NCBI RefSeq assembly: GCF_003018255.1
Contig: NZ_CP027440.1
Direction: 5' to 3' (one strand)
From: Escherichia coli
Lineage (GTDB): Bacteria; Pseudomonadota; Gammaproteobacteria; Enterobacterales; Enterobacteriaceae
Length of the DNA stretch: 64,000 nucleotides
Made by a program: the position numbers and the translations under genes. Shown here piece after piece: positions 54,493-64,000 of the stretch; the first letter of the stretch is position 1; each line of letters opens with the position of its first letter. Below the pieces are notes generated by a model that saw only the letters and a program-made list of their open reading frames with translations, did no database searches and had not been told where the DNA came from.

Positions 54493-55686
54493 GTGTTTCA
54501 AAAAGTTGACGCCTACGCTGGCGACCCGATTCTTACGCTTATGGAGCGTTTTAAAGAAGACCCTCGCAGCGACAAAGTGAATTTAAGTATCGGTCTGTAC
54601 TACAACGAAGACGGAATTATTCCACAACTGAAAGCCGTAGCGGATGCGGAAGCGCGCCTGAATGCGCAGCCTCATGGTGCTTCGCTTTATTTACCGATGG
54701 AAGGGCTTAACAGCTATCGCCATGCCATTGCGCCGCTGCTGTTTGGTGCGGACCATCCGGTACTGCAACAACAGCGCGTAGCAACCATTCAAACCCTTGG
54801 CGGCTCAGGGGCATTGAAAGTGGGTGCAGATTTCCTGAAACGCTACTTCCCGGAATCAGGCGTCTGGGTCAGCGATCCTACCTGGGAAAACCACGTAGCA
54901 ATATTCGCCGGGGCTGGATTCGAAGTGAGCACTTACCCCTGGTATGACGAAGCGACTAACGGCGTGCGCTTTAATGACCTGTTGGCGACGCTGAAAACAT
55001 TACCTGCCCGCAGTATTGTGTTGCTGCATCCATGTTGCCACAACCCAACGGGTGCCGATCTCACTAATGACCAGTGGGATTCCGTGATTGAAATTCTCAA
55101 AGCCCGCGAGCTTATTCCATTCCTCGATATTGCCTATCAAGGATTTGGTGCCGGTATGGAAGAGGATGCCTACGCCATTCGCGCCATTGCCAGCGCTGGA
55201 TTACCCGCTCTGGTGAGCAATTCGTTCTCGAAAATTTTCTCCCTTTACGGCGAGCGCGTCGGCGGACTTTCTGTTCTGTGTGAAGATGCCGAAGCCGCAG
55301 GCCGCGTACTGGGGCAATTGAAAGCAACAGTTCGCCGCAACTACTCCAGCCCGCCGAATTTTGGTGCGCAGGTGGTGGCTGCGGTGCTGAATGACGAGGC
55401 ATTGAAAGCCAGCTGGCTGGCGGAAGTAGAAGAGATGCGTACTCGCATTCTGGCGATGCGTCAGGAACTGGTGAAGGTATTGAGCACAGAGATACCAGAA
55501 CGCAATTTCGATTATCTGCTTAATCAGCGCGGTATGTTCAGTTATACCGGTTTAAGTGCCGCTCAGGTTGACCGACTACGTGAAGAATTTGGTGTCTATC
55601 TCATCGCCAGCGGTCGCATGTGTGTCGCCGGGTTAAATACGGCAAATGTACAACGTGTGGCAAAGGCGTTTGCTGCGGTGATGTAA
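54493..55686 (+). CDS. tyrB: Aromatic-amino-acid aminotransferase
   Basis: ORF-track 54451..55686; start moved to the GTG giving (M)[27 protein letters not shown] (397 aa). Class-I aminotransferase PLP motif [16 protein letters not shown] present. Confidence 0.95.
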   Translation: MFQKVDAYAGDPILTLMERFKEDPRSDKVNLSIGLYYNEDGIIPQLKAVADAEARLNAQPHGASLYLPMEGLNSYRHAIAPLLFGADHPVLQQQRVATIQTLGGSGALKVGADFLKRYFPESGVWVSDPTWENHVAIFAGAGFEVSTYPWYDEATNGVRFNDLLATLKTLPARSIVLLHPCCHNPTGADLTNDQWDSVIEILKARELIPFLDIAYQGFGAGMEEDAYAIRAIASAGLPALVSNSFSKIFSLYGERVGGLSVLCEDAEAAGRVLGQLKATVRRNYSSPPNFGAQVVAAVLNDEALKASWLAEVEEMRTRILAMRQELVKVLSTEIPERNFDYLLNQRGMFSYTGLSAAQVDRLREEFGVYLIASGRMCVAGLNTANVQRVAKAFAAVM

Positions 55687-55907
55687 TGCAGGAAAGCAGG
55701 CTGGAGTTATCCAGCCTGCAGTGAAATTAAACTGTCGTCGCTTTCACTCTTGCTTTATAGATGATTTTTTTGATGCCATCGTTCTACGTGAGAGGTAATA
55801 AAACGTTGTTAGTTCTAACTTGTTAAGTTTATCCCAATGTTCTGGAGTACTTTTCCCTGTTTTACCGTGTGGAATAATAATTTTTGCACATCTAACCATT
55901 ATTAAAT

Positions 55908-56411
55908 TTAATAATAAGTATCGGGTTTGTTACGATAGAATTTTTCTATATCCTCAAGAATATGCTTTGCCTTATTGCCTGTGACTATCTGAGATTCAAT
56001 TATAGTATCGTTAAATTCTAAAGTTAAAGAGAACTCTTTTTTTCCGCTTTGTGTAAGTTTAACCTTATATTGATTACCAATATCAAATAAAAAGGTCCTG
56101 TAATGAGAATAATCACCTTTAACCTCCTCGGCAAAACAGCAAAGCGTGCAAATATACATACAATCTTTCTTACCCCTGATTTTGTTAACTAAATCAATAA
56201 ATGCGTGAAAAACTGTACTTGCAATAGAACTTGATACTTCTTCTCCAGGTCTACAAAAATCTTTTGCAATTTTTAACTGTGTTTCTATATATAAAAAGAG
56301 ATCTTTGGCATAAGAGAAATCTTTGGCATAAGAGATACCTTTGTTATTTAGTGTATCTAGCTCTACAGGTAAAGATGTCGTGTTGTTGCTATTCACATTT
56401 GATATATTCAT
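55908..56411 (-). CDS. Hypothetical protein, no assignable family (AT-rich orphan gene)
   Basis: Intact minus-strand ORF in the AT-rich tyrB-aphA spacer. Start preferred at ATG 56409-56411 (MNISNVNSNN...), preceded by AAGGAG with an 8-nt spacer; the longest ORF starts at 56450 (180 aa) but lacks a Shine-Dalgarno. Asn/Ser-rich N-terminus, Cys cluster DCMYICTLCC, Lys-rich C-terminus; no signal peptide or TM segment evident. Confidence 0.6.
   Translation of the reverse strand: MNISNVNSNNTTSLPVELDTLNNKGISYAKDFSYAKDLFLYIETQLKIAKDFCRPGEEVSSSIASTVFHAFIDLVNKIRGKKDCMYICTLCCFAEEVKGDYSHYRTFLFDIGNQYKVKLTQSGKKEFSLTLEFNDTIIESQIVTGNKAKHILEDIEKFYRNKPDTYY
56301..56336. repeat. Perfect-frame 18-bp tandem duplication inside the orphan ORF
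   Basis: atctttggcataagagaa / atctttggcataagagat, two adjacent 18-bp copies identical at 17 of 18 positions, giving the duplicated peptide SYAKDF-SYAKDL. Confidence 0.9.
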
Positions 56412-56532
56412 ATCATCATCTCCTTCGGGAGTAATAAAATTAGTCACCATTGTAGGGTAGGGGGCTGGTCAATCAGAAATCATCTTTATAAACTTCGATT
56501 GTTTTGTAATGCTGTATCATTAAGTTTATTAA

Positions 56533-57525
<993 letters not shown>

Positions 57526-57530
57526 CAGAG

Positions 57531-57567
57531 CGGGAGAGCGTAATACTCTCCCGAATGCTGTTTTTTT
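57531..57567 (+). terminator. aphA intrinsic terminator
   Basis: Hairpin cgggagag-cgtaata-ctctcccg followed a few bases later by ttttttt. Confidence 0.75.
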
Positions 57568-57635
57568 AATCACACCTTTATCCTTTCGCTGTCTTGCTGC
57601 AAACTGATTAAGAGAGTTTTATCAAGGAGCAGCAC

Positions 57636-58052
57636 ATGTGGTATCAAAAGACGCTCACGCTTAGCGCCAAATCTCGTGGGTTTCATCTGGTAACGGATGA
57701 AATTCTGAATCAGCTGGCTGATATGCCGCGCGTTAACATCGGTTTACTGCATCTGTTGCTGCAACATACCTCCGCCTCTCTGACACTTAATGAGAACTGC
57801 GATCCCACCGTACGCCACGACATGGAGCGTTTTTTCCTCCGCGCCGTTCCCGATAACGGAAATTATGAGCATGACTATGAGGGAGCAGACGATATGCCTT
57901 CTCATATCAAATCCTCAATGCTGGGAACATCGCTTGTATTGCCGGTGCATAAAGGGCGTATTCAGACCGGCACCTGGCAAGGCATCTGGCTGGGGGAACA
58001 TCGCATCCACGGCGGATCGCGTCGCATCATCGCGACACTACAAGGGGAGTGA
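57636..58052 (+). CDS. yjbQ: UPF0047-family protein YjbQ
   Basis: 138-aa ORF starting [23 protein letters not shown], recognised as YjbQ. Confidence 0.9.
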   Translation: MWYQKTLTLSAKSRGFHLVTDEILNQLADMPRVNIGLLHLLLQHTSASLTLNENCDPTVRHDMERFFLRAVPDNGNYEHDYEGADDMPSHIKSSMLGTSLVLPVHKGRIQTGTWQGIWLGEHRIHGGSRRIIATLQGE

Positions 58053-58055
58053 AAA

Positions 58056-58412
58056 ATGACCATTTCGGAGTTGCTACAATATTGCATGGCAAAACCAGGC
58101 GCAGAACAGAGCGTGCATAACGACTGGAAAGCGACGCAGATCAAAGTGGAAGATGTGCTGTTTGCGATGGTGAAAGAAGTAGAAAATCGCCCAGCTGTTT
58201 CGCTGAAAACCAGCCCGGAGCTGGCGGAGCTGCTACGTCAGCAGCACAGCGATGTGCGTCCAAGCCGCCATCTGAATAAAGCGCACTGGAGCACCGTGTA
58301 TCTCGACGGTTCGCTGCCGGATTCGCAAATCTATTATCTGGTGGATACGTCTTATCAGCAGGCGGTGAATTTGCTGCCGGAAGAAAAACGTAAATTGCTG
58401 GTGCAACTCTGA
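58056..58412 (+). CDS. yjbR: Uncharacterised protein YjbR
   Basis: 118-aa ORF 4 bp after yjbQ, starting MTISELLQYCMAKPGAEQSVHNDWKATQIK. Confidence 0.88.
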   Translation: MTISELLQYCMAKPGAEQSVHNDWKATQIKVEDVLFAMVKEVENRPAVSLKTSPELAELLRQQHSDVRPSRHLNKAHWSTVYLDGSLPDSQIYYLVDTSYQQAVNLLPEEKRKLLVQL

Positions 58413-58418
58413 AAGAAG

Positions 58419-58441
58419 AAGGCCGCTCTGAAAGCGGCCTT
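58419..58441. terminator. Terminator between convergent yjbR and uvrA
   Basis: Hairpin aaggccgct-ctgaa-agcggcctt; flanks only weakly T-rich, so efficiency is uncertain. Confidence 0.6.
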
Positions 58442-58446
58442 AACGA

Positions 58447-61269
58447 TTACAGCATCGGCTTGAGGAAGCGCGCCGTATGCGAAGCTTCGCACTCTGCGAC
58501 GGTTTCTGGCGTACCGGAGACGAGGATTTCGCCGCCCCCACTGCCGCCTTCCGGTCCCAGGTCGACAATCCAGTCAGCGGTTTTGATCACGTCGAGATTG
58601 TGCTCAATTACCACAATGGTATTGCCCTGATCGCGCAGTTTATGCAGTACGTCGAGCAGTTGCTGAATATCGGCGAAGTGCAGACCGGTGGTCGGCTCGT
58701 CGAGAATATACAGCGTCTGCCCGGTGCCGCGTTTTGACAGCTCACGCGCCAGCTTCACGCGCTGGGCTTCACCACCAGAAAGTGTGGTTGCGGACTGCCC
58801 GAGGCGAATGTACGTCAGGCCAACATCCATCAGCGTTTGCAGCTTACGCGCCAGAGCTGGCACCGCATCAAAGAACTCACGCGCCTCTTCGATGGTCATA
58901 TCCAGCACTTCGTGGATGGTTTTGCCTTTGTACTTAATCTCCAGCGTTTCACGGTTATAGCGTTTGCCTTTGCACTGGTCGCACGGTACGTAAATGTCCG
59001 GCAGGAAGTGCATCTCCACTTTGATCACGCCGTCGCCCTGACAGGCCTCGCAGCGTCCGCCACGGACGTTAAAGCTGAAACGCCCTGGCGTATAACCACG
59101 CGCACGGGATTCTGGTACGCCTGCGAACAGTTCGCGTACAGGTGTAAACACGCCGGTATAGGTTGCCGGATTGGAACGTGGGGTACGACCAATTGGGCTT
59201 TGGTCGATATCGATCACTTTGTCGAAATGTTCCAGTCCCTGAATATCGCGATACGGTGCCGGTTCGGCGATGGTCGCACCATTCAACTGGCGTTGGGCAA
59301 TCGGGAACAGTGTGTCGTTAATCAGTGTCGATTTACCGGAACCTGAAACCCCTGTGATGCAAGTAAACAGACCCACCGGCAGCGTCAGCGTCACGTCTTT
59401 CAGGTTGTTGCCGCGTGCGCCTGTCAGTTTCAGCACTTTTTCCGGATTTGCCGGAACGCGCTTCTTCGGCACTTCAATCTTGCGTTTACCGCTCATGTAC
59501 TGCCCGGTCAACGACTCTGGCACCGCCATTATTGCTTCCAGCGGACCTTCCGCGACGACTTCACCGCCGTGTACACCCGCACCCGGACCGATATCGATCA
59601 CATGATCAGCGGCGCGAATCGCGTCTTCGTCGTGCTCCACCACAATCACGGTATTACCGAGATCGCGCAGATGGATAAGCGTACCCAGCAGGCGCTCGTT
59701 ATCGCGCTGGTGCAGGCCGATAGACGGCTCATCCAGCACGTACATCACGCCAACCAGGCCCGCACCAATCTGGCTCGCCAGACGAATACGCTGGGCTTCA
59801 CCGCCGGAAAGTGTCTCTGCTGAGCGGGAAAGTGTCAGGTAATTCAGGCCGACGTTAACGAGGAATTTCAGACGATCGCCGATCTCTTTAAGGATTTTTT
59901 CTGCAATCTTCGCCCGCTGACCTGCGAGTTTGAGATTGTTGAAGAATTCCATCGCATGACCGATGCTCATGTCGGAGATGGCGGGCAGCGGCGTATTCTC
60001 GACATACACGTGGCGTGCTTCCCGACGCAGACGGGTTCCTTCGCAGCTGGCGCACGGACGATTGCTGATAAACTTGGCTAATTCTTCACGTACCGCGCTG
60101 GATTCCGTCTCTTTATAACGGCGCTCCATATTGTGCAGCACGCCTTCGAACGGATGACGACGAATGGAGGTATCGCCACGATCGTTCATGTATTTGAATT
60201 CAATGTTTTCTTTGCCAGAACCGTACAACACCACTTTATGCACGTTCGCGCTCAGGCTGCCCCACGGCGCTTCGACGTCGAACTTATAGTGATCTGCCAG
60301 CGATTTCAGCATCTGGAAATAATAGAAGTTGCGGCGATCCCAGCCACGGATCGCACCGCCAGCCAGCGACAATTCCGGATTCTGGATCACGCGGTCAGGA
60401 TCGAAATATTGCTGTACGCCAAGACCGTCACAGGTCGGGCAGGCTCCCGCCGGGTTGTTAAATGAAAACAGGCGAGGTTCCAGCTCGCGCATACTGTAAC
60501 CGCAAATCGGGCAGGCAAAGTTGGCGGAGAACAGCAGCTCTTCCGCTTTCGGATCGTCCATATCCGCCACTACCGCGGTACCACCGGAAAGCTCCAGCGC
60601 GGTTTCAAACGACTCGGCAAGACGTTGGGTAAGATCGTCACGCACTTTGAAGCGATCAACCACCACTTCAATGGTATGTTTCTTTTGCAGTTCCAGTTTC
60701 GGCGGATCGGAAAGATCGCAGACTTCGCCATCAATACGAGCACGGATGTAACCCTGACTTGCCAGGTTCTCCAGCGTTTTGGTGTGTTCGCCTTTGCGCT
60801 CTTTAATGATTGGCGCGAGCAGCATCAGGCGTTTACCTTCCGGCTGGGACAACACGTTATCCACCATCTGACTGACGGTTTGCGCTGCCAGCGGGACGTC
60901 GTGGTCCGGGCAGCGCGGCTCACCGACGCGGGCGAACAACAAACGCAAATAGTCGTGGATTTCGGTGATTGTCCCCACCGTAGAACGCGGGTTATGAGAC
61001 GTCGATTTCTGCTCAATCGAGATGGCAGGAGAAAGCCCCTCAATATGATCGACGTCCGGCTTTTCCATCAGTGACAGAAACTGCCGCGCGTAGGCGGAAA
61101 GGGATTCAACGTAACGGCGCTGCCCTTCGGCATATAAGGTGTCGAAAGCGAGCGAGGATTTGCCAGAACCCGAAAGCCCGGTCACGACAATGAGTTTGTC
61201 GCGGGGGATAACGAGGTTGATGTTTTTGAGATTATGGGTGCGGGCGCCCCGAACTTCGATCTTATCCAT
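58447..61269 (-). CDS. uvrA: Excinuclease ABC subunit A
   Basis: 940-aa ORF starting [65 protein letters not shown], with two ABC ATPase modules and zinc-finger cysteines. Confidence 0.97.
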   Translation of the reverse strand: MDKIEVRGARTHNLKNINLVIPRDKLIVVTGLSGSGKSSLAFDTLYAEGQRRYVESLSAYARQFLSLMEKPDVDHIEGLSPAISIEQKSTSHNPRSTVGTITEIHDYLRLLFARVGEPRCPDHDVPLAAQTVSQMVDNVLSQPEGKRLMLLAPIIKERKGEHTKTLENLASQGYIRARIDGEVCDLSDPPKLELQKKHTIEVVVDRFKVRDDLTQRLAESFETALELSGGTAVVADMDDPKAEELLFSANFACPICGYSMRELEPRLFSFNNPAGACPTCDGLGVQQYFDPDRVIQNPELSLAGGAIRGWDRRNFYYFQMLKSLADHYKFDVEAPWGSLSANVHKVVLYGSGKENIEFKYMNDRGDTSIRRHPFEGVLHNMERRYKETESSAVREELAKFISNRPCASCEGTRLRREARHVYVENTPLPAISDMSIGHAMEFFNNLKLAGQRAKIAEKILKEIGDRLKFLVNVGLNYLTLSRSAETLSGGEAQRIRLASQIGAGLVGVMYVLDEPSIGLHQRDNERLLGTLIHLRDLGNTVIVVEHDEDAIRAADHVIDIGPGAGVHGGEVVAEGPLEAIMAVPESLTGQYMSGKRKIEVPKKRVPANPEKVLKLTGARGNNLKDVTLTLPVGLFTCITGVSGSGKSTLINDTLFPIAQRQLNGATIAEPAPYRDIQGLEHFDKVIDIDQSPIGRTPRSNPATYTGVFTPVRELFAGVPESRARGYTPGRFSFNVRGGRCEACQGDGVIKVEMHFLPDIYVPCDQCKGKRYNRETLEIKYKGKTIHEVLDMTIEEAREFFDAVPALARKLQTLMDVGLTYIRLGQSATTLSGGEAQRVKLARELSKRGTGQTLYILDEPTTGLHFADIQQLLDVLHKLRDQGNTIVVIEHNLDVIKTADWIVDLGPEGGSGGGEILVSGTPETVAECEASHTARFLKPML

Positions 61270-61353
61270 TCACCTTTCCCGGATTAAACGCTTTTTTGCC
61301 CGGTGGCATGGTGCTACCGGCGATCACAAACGGTTAATTATGACACAAATTGA

Positions 61354-61369
61354 CCTGAATGAATATACA
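61354..61369. promoter_or_regulatory. SOS box shared by the divergent uvrA and ssb promoters
   Basis: ctgaatgaatatacag (reverse complement CTGTATATTCATTCAG) fits CTGT-N8-ACAG, located between the uvrA and ssb starts. Confidence 0.88.
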
Positions 61370-61522
61370 GTATTGGAATGCATTACCCGGAGTGTTGTGT
61401 AACAATGTCTGGCCAGGTTTGTTTCCCGGAACCGAGGTCACAACATAGTAAAAGCGCTATTGGTAATGGTACAATCGCGCGTTTACACTTATTCAGAACG
61501 ATTTTTTTCAGGAGACACGAAC

Positions 61523-62059
61523 ATGGCCAGCAGAGGCGTAAACAAGGTTATTCTCGTTGGTAATCTGGGTCAGGACCCGGAAGTACGCTACATGCCAAAT
61601 GGTGGCGCAGTTGCCAACATTACGCTGGCTACTTCCGAATCCTGGCGTGATAAAGCCACCGGCGAGATGAAAGAGCAGACTGAATGGCACCGCGTTGTGC
61701 TGTTCGGCAAACTGGCAGAAGTGGCCAGCGAATATCTGCGTAAAGGTTCTCAGGTTTATATCGAAGGTCAGCTGCGTACCCGCAAATGGACCGATCAATC
61801 CGGTCAGGATCGCTACACCACAGAAGTCGTGGTGAACGTTGGCGGCACCATGCAGATGCTGGGTGGTCGTCAGGGTGGTGGCGCTCCTGCAGGTGGCAAT
61901 ATCGGTGGTGGTCAGCCGCAGGGCGGTTGGGGTCAGCCTCAGCAGCCGCAGGGTGGCAATCAGTTCAGCGGCGGCGCGCAGTCTCGCCCGCAGCAGTCCG
62001 CTCCGGCAGCGCCGTCTAACGAGCCGCCGATGGACTTTGATGACGATATTCCGTTCTGA
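61523..62059 (+). CDS. ssb: Single-stranded DNA-binding protein
   Basis: ORF-track 61460..62059; start moved to [44 protein letters not shown] (178 aa). Gly/Gln-rich linker and acidic tail DFDDDIPF present. Confidence 0.97.
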   Translation: MASRGVNKVILVGNLGQDPEVRYMPNGGAVANITLATSESWRDKATGEMKEQTEWHRVVLFGKLAEVASEYLRKGSQVYIEGQLRTRKWTDQSGQDRYTTEVVVNVGGTMQMLGGRQGGGAPAGGNIGGGQPQGGWGQPQQPQGGNQFSGGAQSRPQQSAPAAPSNEPPMDFDDDIPF

Positions 62060-62122
62060 TTTGTCTTTAAAACAATAGGTTATATTGTTTTAAGGTGGAT
62101 GATTAAAGCATCTGCCAGCCAT

Positions 62123-62152
62123 AAAAAAGAAGCCTCCGTTATGGAGGCTTCT
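62123..62152 (-). terminator. yjcB intrinsic terminator
   Basis: Plus-strand aaaaaa then hairpin agaagcctcc-gttat-ggaggcttct; on the minus strand this is a hairpin followed by a T tract just past the yjcB stop. Confidence 0.75.
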
Positions 62153-62157
62153 ACATA

Positions 62158-62439
62158 TCAAGTCAAAATCATTGGCCATTGTGGCGGTGTCTGATTCATC
62201 TCTTCTATCATCACCGACTCGATGTTGTGCCAGATGGCGGTGATATCCGCCATTGTGATGCCAAGCAACCCCATTGCGAACCAGCAGGCAGAAACCACGC
62301 CCAGACCGCTGCTGATCACTGCAAGCCCGACATAATCAGCCCGACGAAAACGGATGTTGAGCGTGCTAGCCAGAAACATCATTACGGCACTAAGAAGTTG
62401 CCAGCGAAAAAGAACCACGCCAGTGGTGAGGGTAGCCAT
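62158..62439 (-). CDS. yjcB: Small inner membrane protein YjcB
   Basis: ORF-track 62158..62538; start moved to MATLTTGVVLFRWQLLSAVMMFLASTLNIRF (93 aa), two predicted TM helices. Confidence 0.85.
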   Translation of the reverse strand: MATLTTGVVLFRWQLLSAVMMFLASTLNIRFRRADYVGLAVISSGLGVVSACWFAMGLLGITMADITAIWHNIESVMIEEMNQTPPQWPMILT

Positions 62440-62867
62440 CAAACAATTCCTCGGAAAAGAGCTGATGCCCTGGACAGCGCGGCGTTGTTCACGGGAGGCG
62501 TGATACACTCTGGCTATCGCGGGGCTTGCAGAACACAAAAATGAAACACTCTGTTTGTTTCATGAATTTTGTGAACTATATCACAATTGGTTGTTTGTTA
62601 GCCAGATTAGGCCGTGACTTTTATTGCCGTACAGATTATGTGTTTTTTCAGCGGCATTAAGGGTATATCTTCCCGCCGCCTCTGCATTCCTGAAGGTGAT
62701 TAATTTTTAAGATCAATGAATTATCGTCATCCTGGTGACGATTAAAAAGGTCTCAATTTTATATCAGGCAAAAGTGCTATTTATACCGTAAGATTTATCT
62801 AAAGACGTCGGTAGCCAGGGTTTCACCTTGCAATAACCGGGTATAAACAGGCAGGGAATTGATAGCA

Positions 62868-64000
62868 ATGAGTCATCGTGCACGACACCAATTACTGGCG
62901 TTTCCGGGCATTATCTTTTTAGTTCTCTTTCCCATCATTCTGTCGCTATGGATTGCCTTCTTTTGGGCAAAATCAGAAGTGAATAATCAGCTCCGAACCT
63001 TTGCTCAGCTGGCGTTGGATAAATCTGAGCTGGTCATTCGTCAGGCAGATTTAGTGAGCGATGCAGCTGAACGCTATCAGGGGCAAGTTTGCACTCCAGC
63101 CCATCAAAAGCGAATGTTGAATATTATTCGTGGCTATCTTTATATTAATGAATTGATTTATGCTCGTGATAACCATTTTTTATGCTCATCGCTGATAGCG
63201 TCTGTAAATGGCTATACGATTGCACCGGCCGATTATAAGCGTGAACCTAACGTTTCTATCTATTATTACCGTGATACGCCTTTTTTCTCTGGCTATAAAA
63301 TGACCTACATGCAGCGGGGAAATTATGTGGCGGTTATCAACCCTCTCTTCTGGAGTGAAGTGATGTCTGATGATCCGACATTGCAATGGGGAGTGTATGA
63401 TACGGTGACGAAAACCTTTTTCTCGTTAAGCAACGAGGCCTCGGCAGCAACGTTTTCTCCGCTGATTCATTTGAATGATTTAACCGTACAACGAAATGGC
63501 TATTTATATGCGACAGTTTATTCGACAAAACGCCCAATTGCAGCCATTGTTGCGACTTCATATCAACGTCTTATAACTCATTTTTATAATCATCTTATTT
63601 TTGCGTTGCCCGCCGGTATTTTGGGGAGTCTTGTTCTGCTATTACTCTGGCTACGTATTCGACAAAACTATTTGTCTCCCAAACGCAAATTGCAACGCGC
63701 CCTCGAAAAACATCAACTTTGCCTTTATTACCAGCCAATAATCGATATCAAAACAGAAAAATGTATCGGAGCTGAAGCATTGTTACGTTGGCCTGGTGAG
63801 CAGGGGCAAGTAATGAATCCGGCAGAGTTTATTCCGCTGGCAGAAAAGGAGGGGATGATCGAACAGATAACTGATTATGTTATTGATAATGTCTTCCGCG
63901 ATCTGGGCGTGTACCTGGCAACACATGTCGATCGCTATGTTTCTATTAACCTGTCGGCCTCCGATTTTCATACGTCACGGTTGATAGCGCGAACCAACCA
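62868..64000 (+). CDS. pdeC: c-di-GMP phosphodiesterase PdeC (YjcC), N-terminal part; continues beyond the window
   Basis: Open frame from ATG 62868 to the window end, not in the ORF track because no stop is reached. Starts [32 protein letters not shown] (TM helix), then a periplasmic sensor region, a second TM helix, and the start of an EAL domain ([20 protein letters not shown]). Confidence 0.88.

Noticed and set aside
55696-55719. Hairpin gcaggctgga-gtta-tccagcctgc immediately after tyrB as an intrinsic terminator
   Set aside because: Good stem but no T tract follows on the plus strand; it may be a transcript-stabilising structure or a rho-dependent site, so it was not listed as a terminator.
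61860-62010. Repetitive Gly/Gln-rich coding sequence near the ssb 3' end
   Set aside because: This is the normal flexible linker of Ssb preceding the acidic tail, not a repeat element.
62069-62091. AT-rich hairpin after ssb as a possible terminator
   Set aside because: The stem is almost entirely A-T pairs and likely too weak; the GC-rich hairpin at 62123-62152 is oriented for yjcB on the other strand, so ssb termination remains unassigned.

Overview
This window reads as a core-chromosome segment of Escherichia coli, syntenic with the K-12 region around 90-92 min, and I found no convincing evidence of a novel multi-gene system. All calls are from reading the sequence and the supplied ORF track; the comparisons to K-12 are from memory and no database search was run. 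Gene order: 3' part of a 23S rRNA gene and a 5S rRNA gene (rrnE by synteny), yjaB, metA, aceBAK, iclR, metH, yjbB, pepE, a seven-gene L-sorbose PTS operon (sorCDFBAME, minus strand), rluF, yjbD, lysC with its lysine-riboswitch leader, pgi, yjbEFGH, yjbT, psiE, malGFE / malK-lamB-malM, ubiCA, plsB, dgkA, lexA-dinF, yjbJ, zur, dusA, pspG, qor, dnaB, alr, tyrB, an AT-rich orphan ORF, aphA, yjbQ, yjbR, uvrA, ssb, yjcB and the start of pdeC. The only content that is not K-12-like is (1) the sor operon between pepE and rluF, (2) the lack of yjaA and arpA, and (3) an intact, uncharacterised ORF in the AT-rich tyrB-aphA spacer carrying an 18-bp in-frame tandem duplication. Item 3 is the best candidate for something undescribed, but it is a single gene of unknown function, not a system. 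There are no CRISPR arrays, integrases, transposases or prophage genes; the abundant palindromic repeats are ordinary REP/BIME elements. Several ORF-track starts were moved to internal start codons that reproduce the known protein N-termini.
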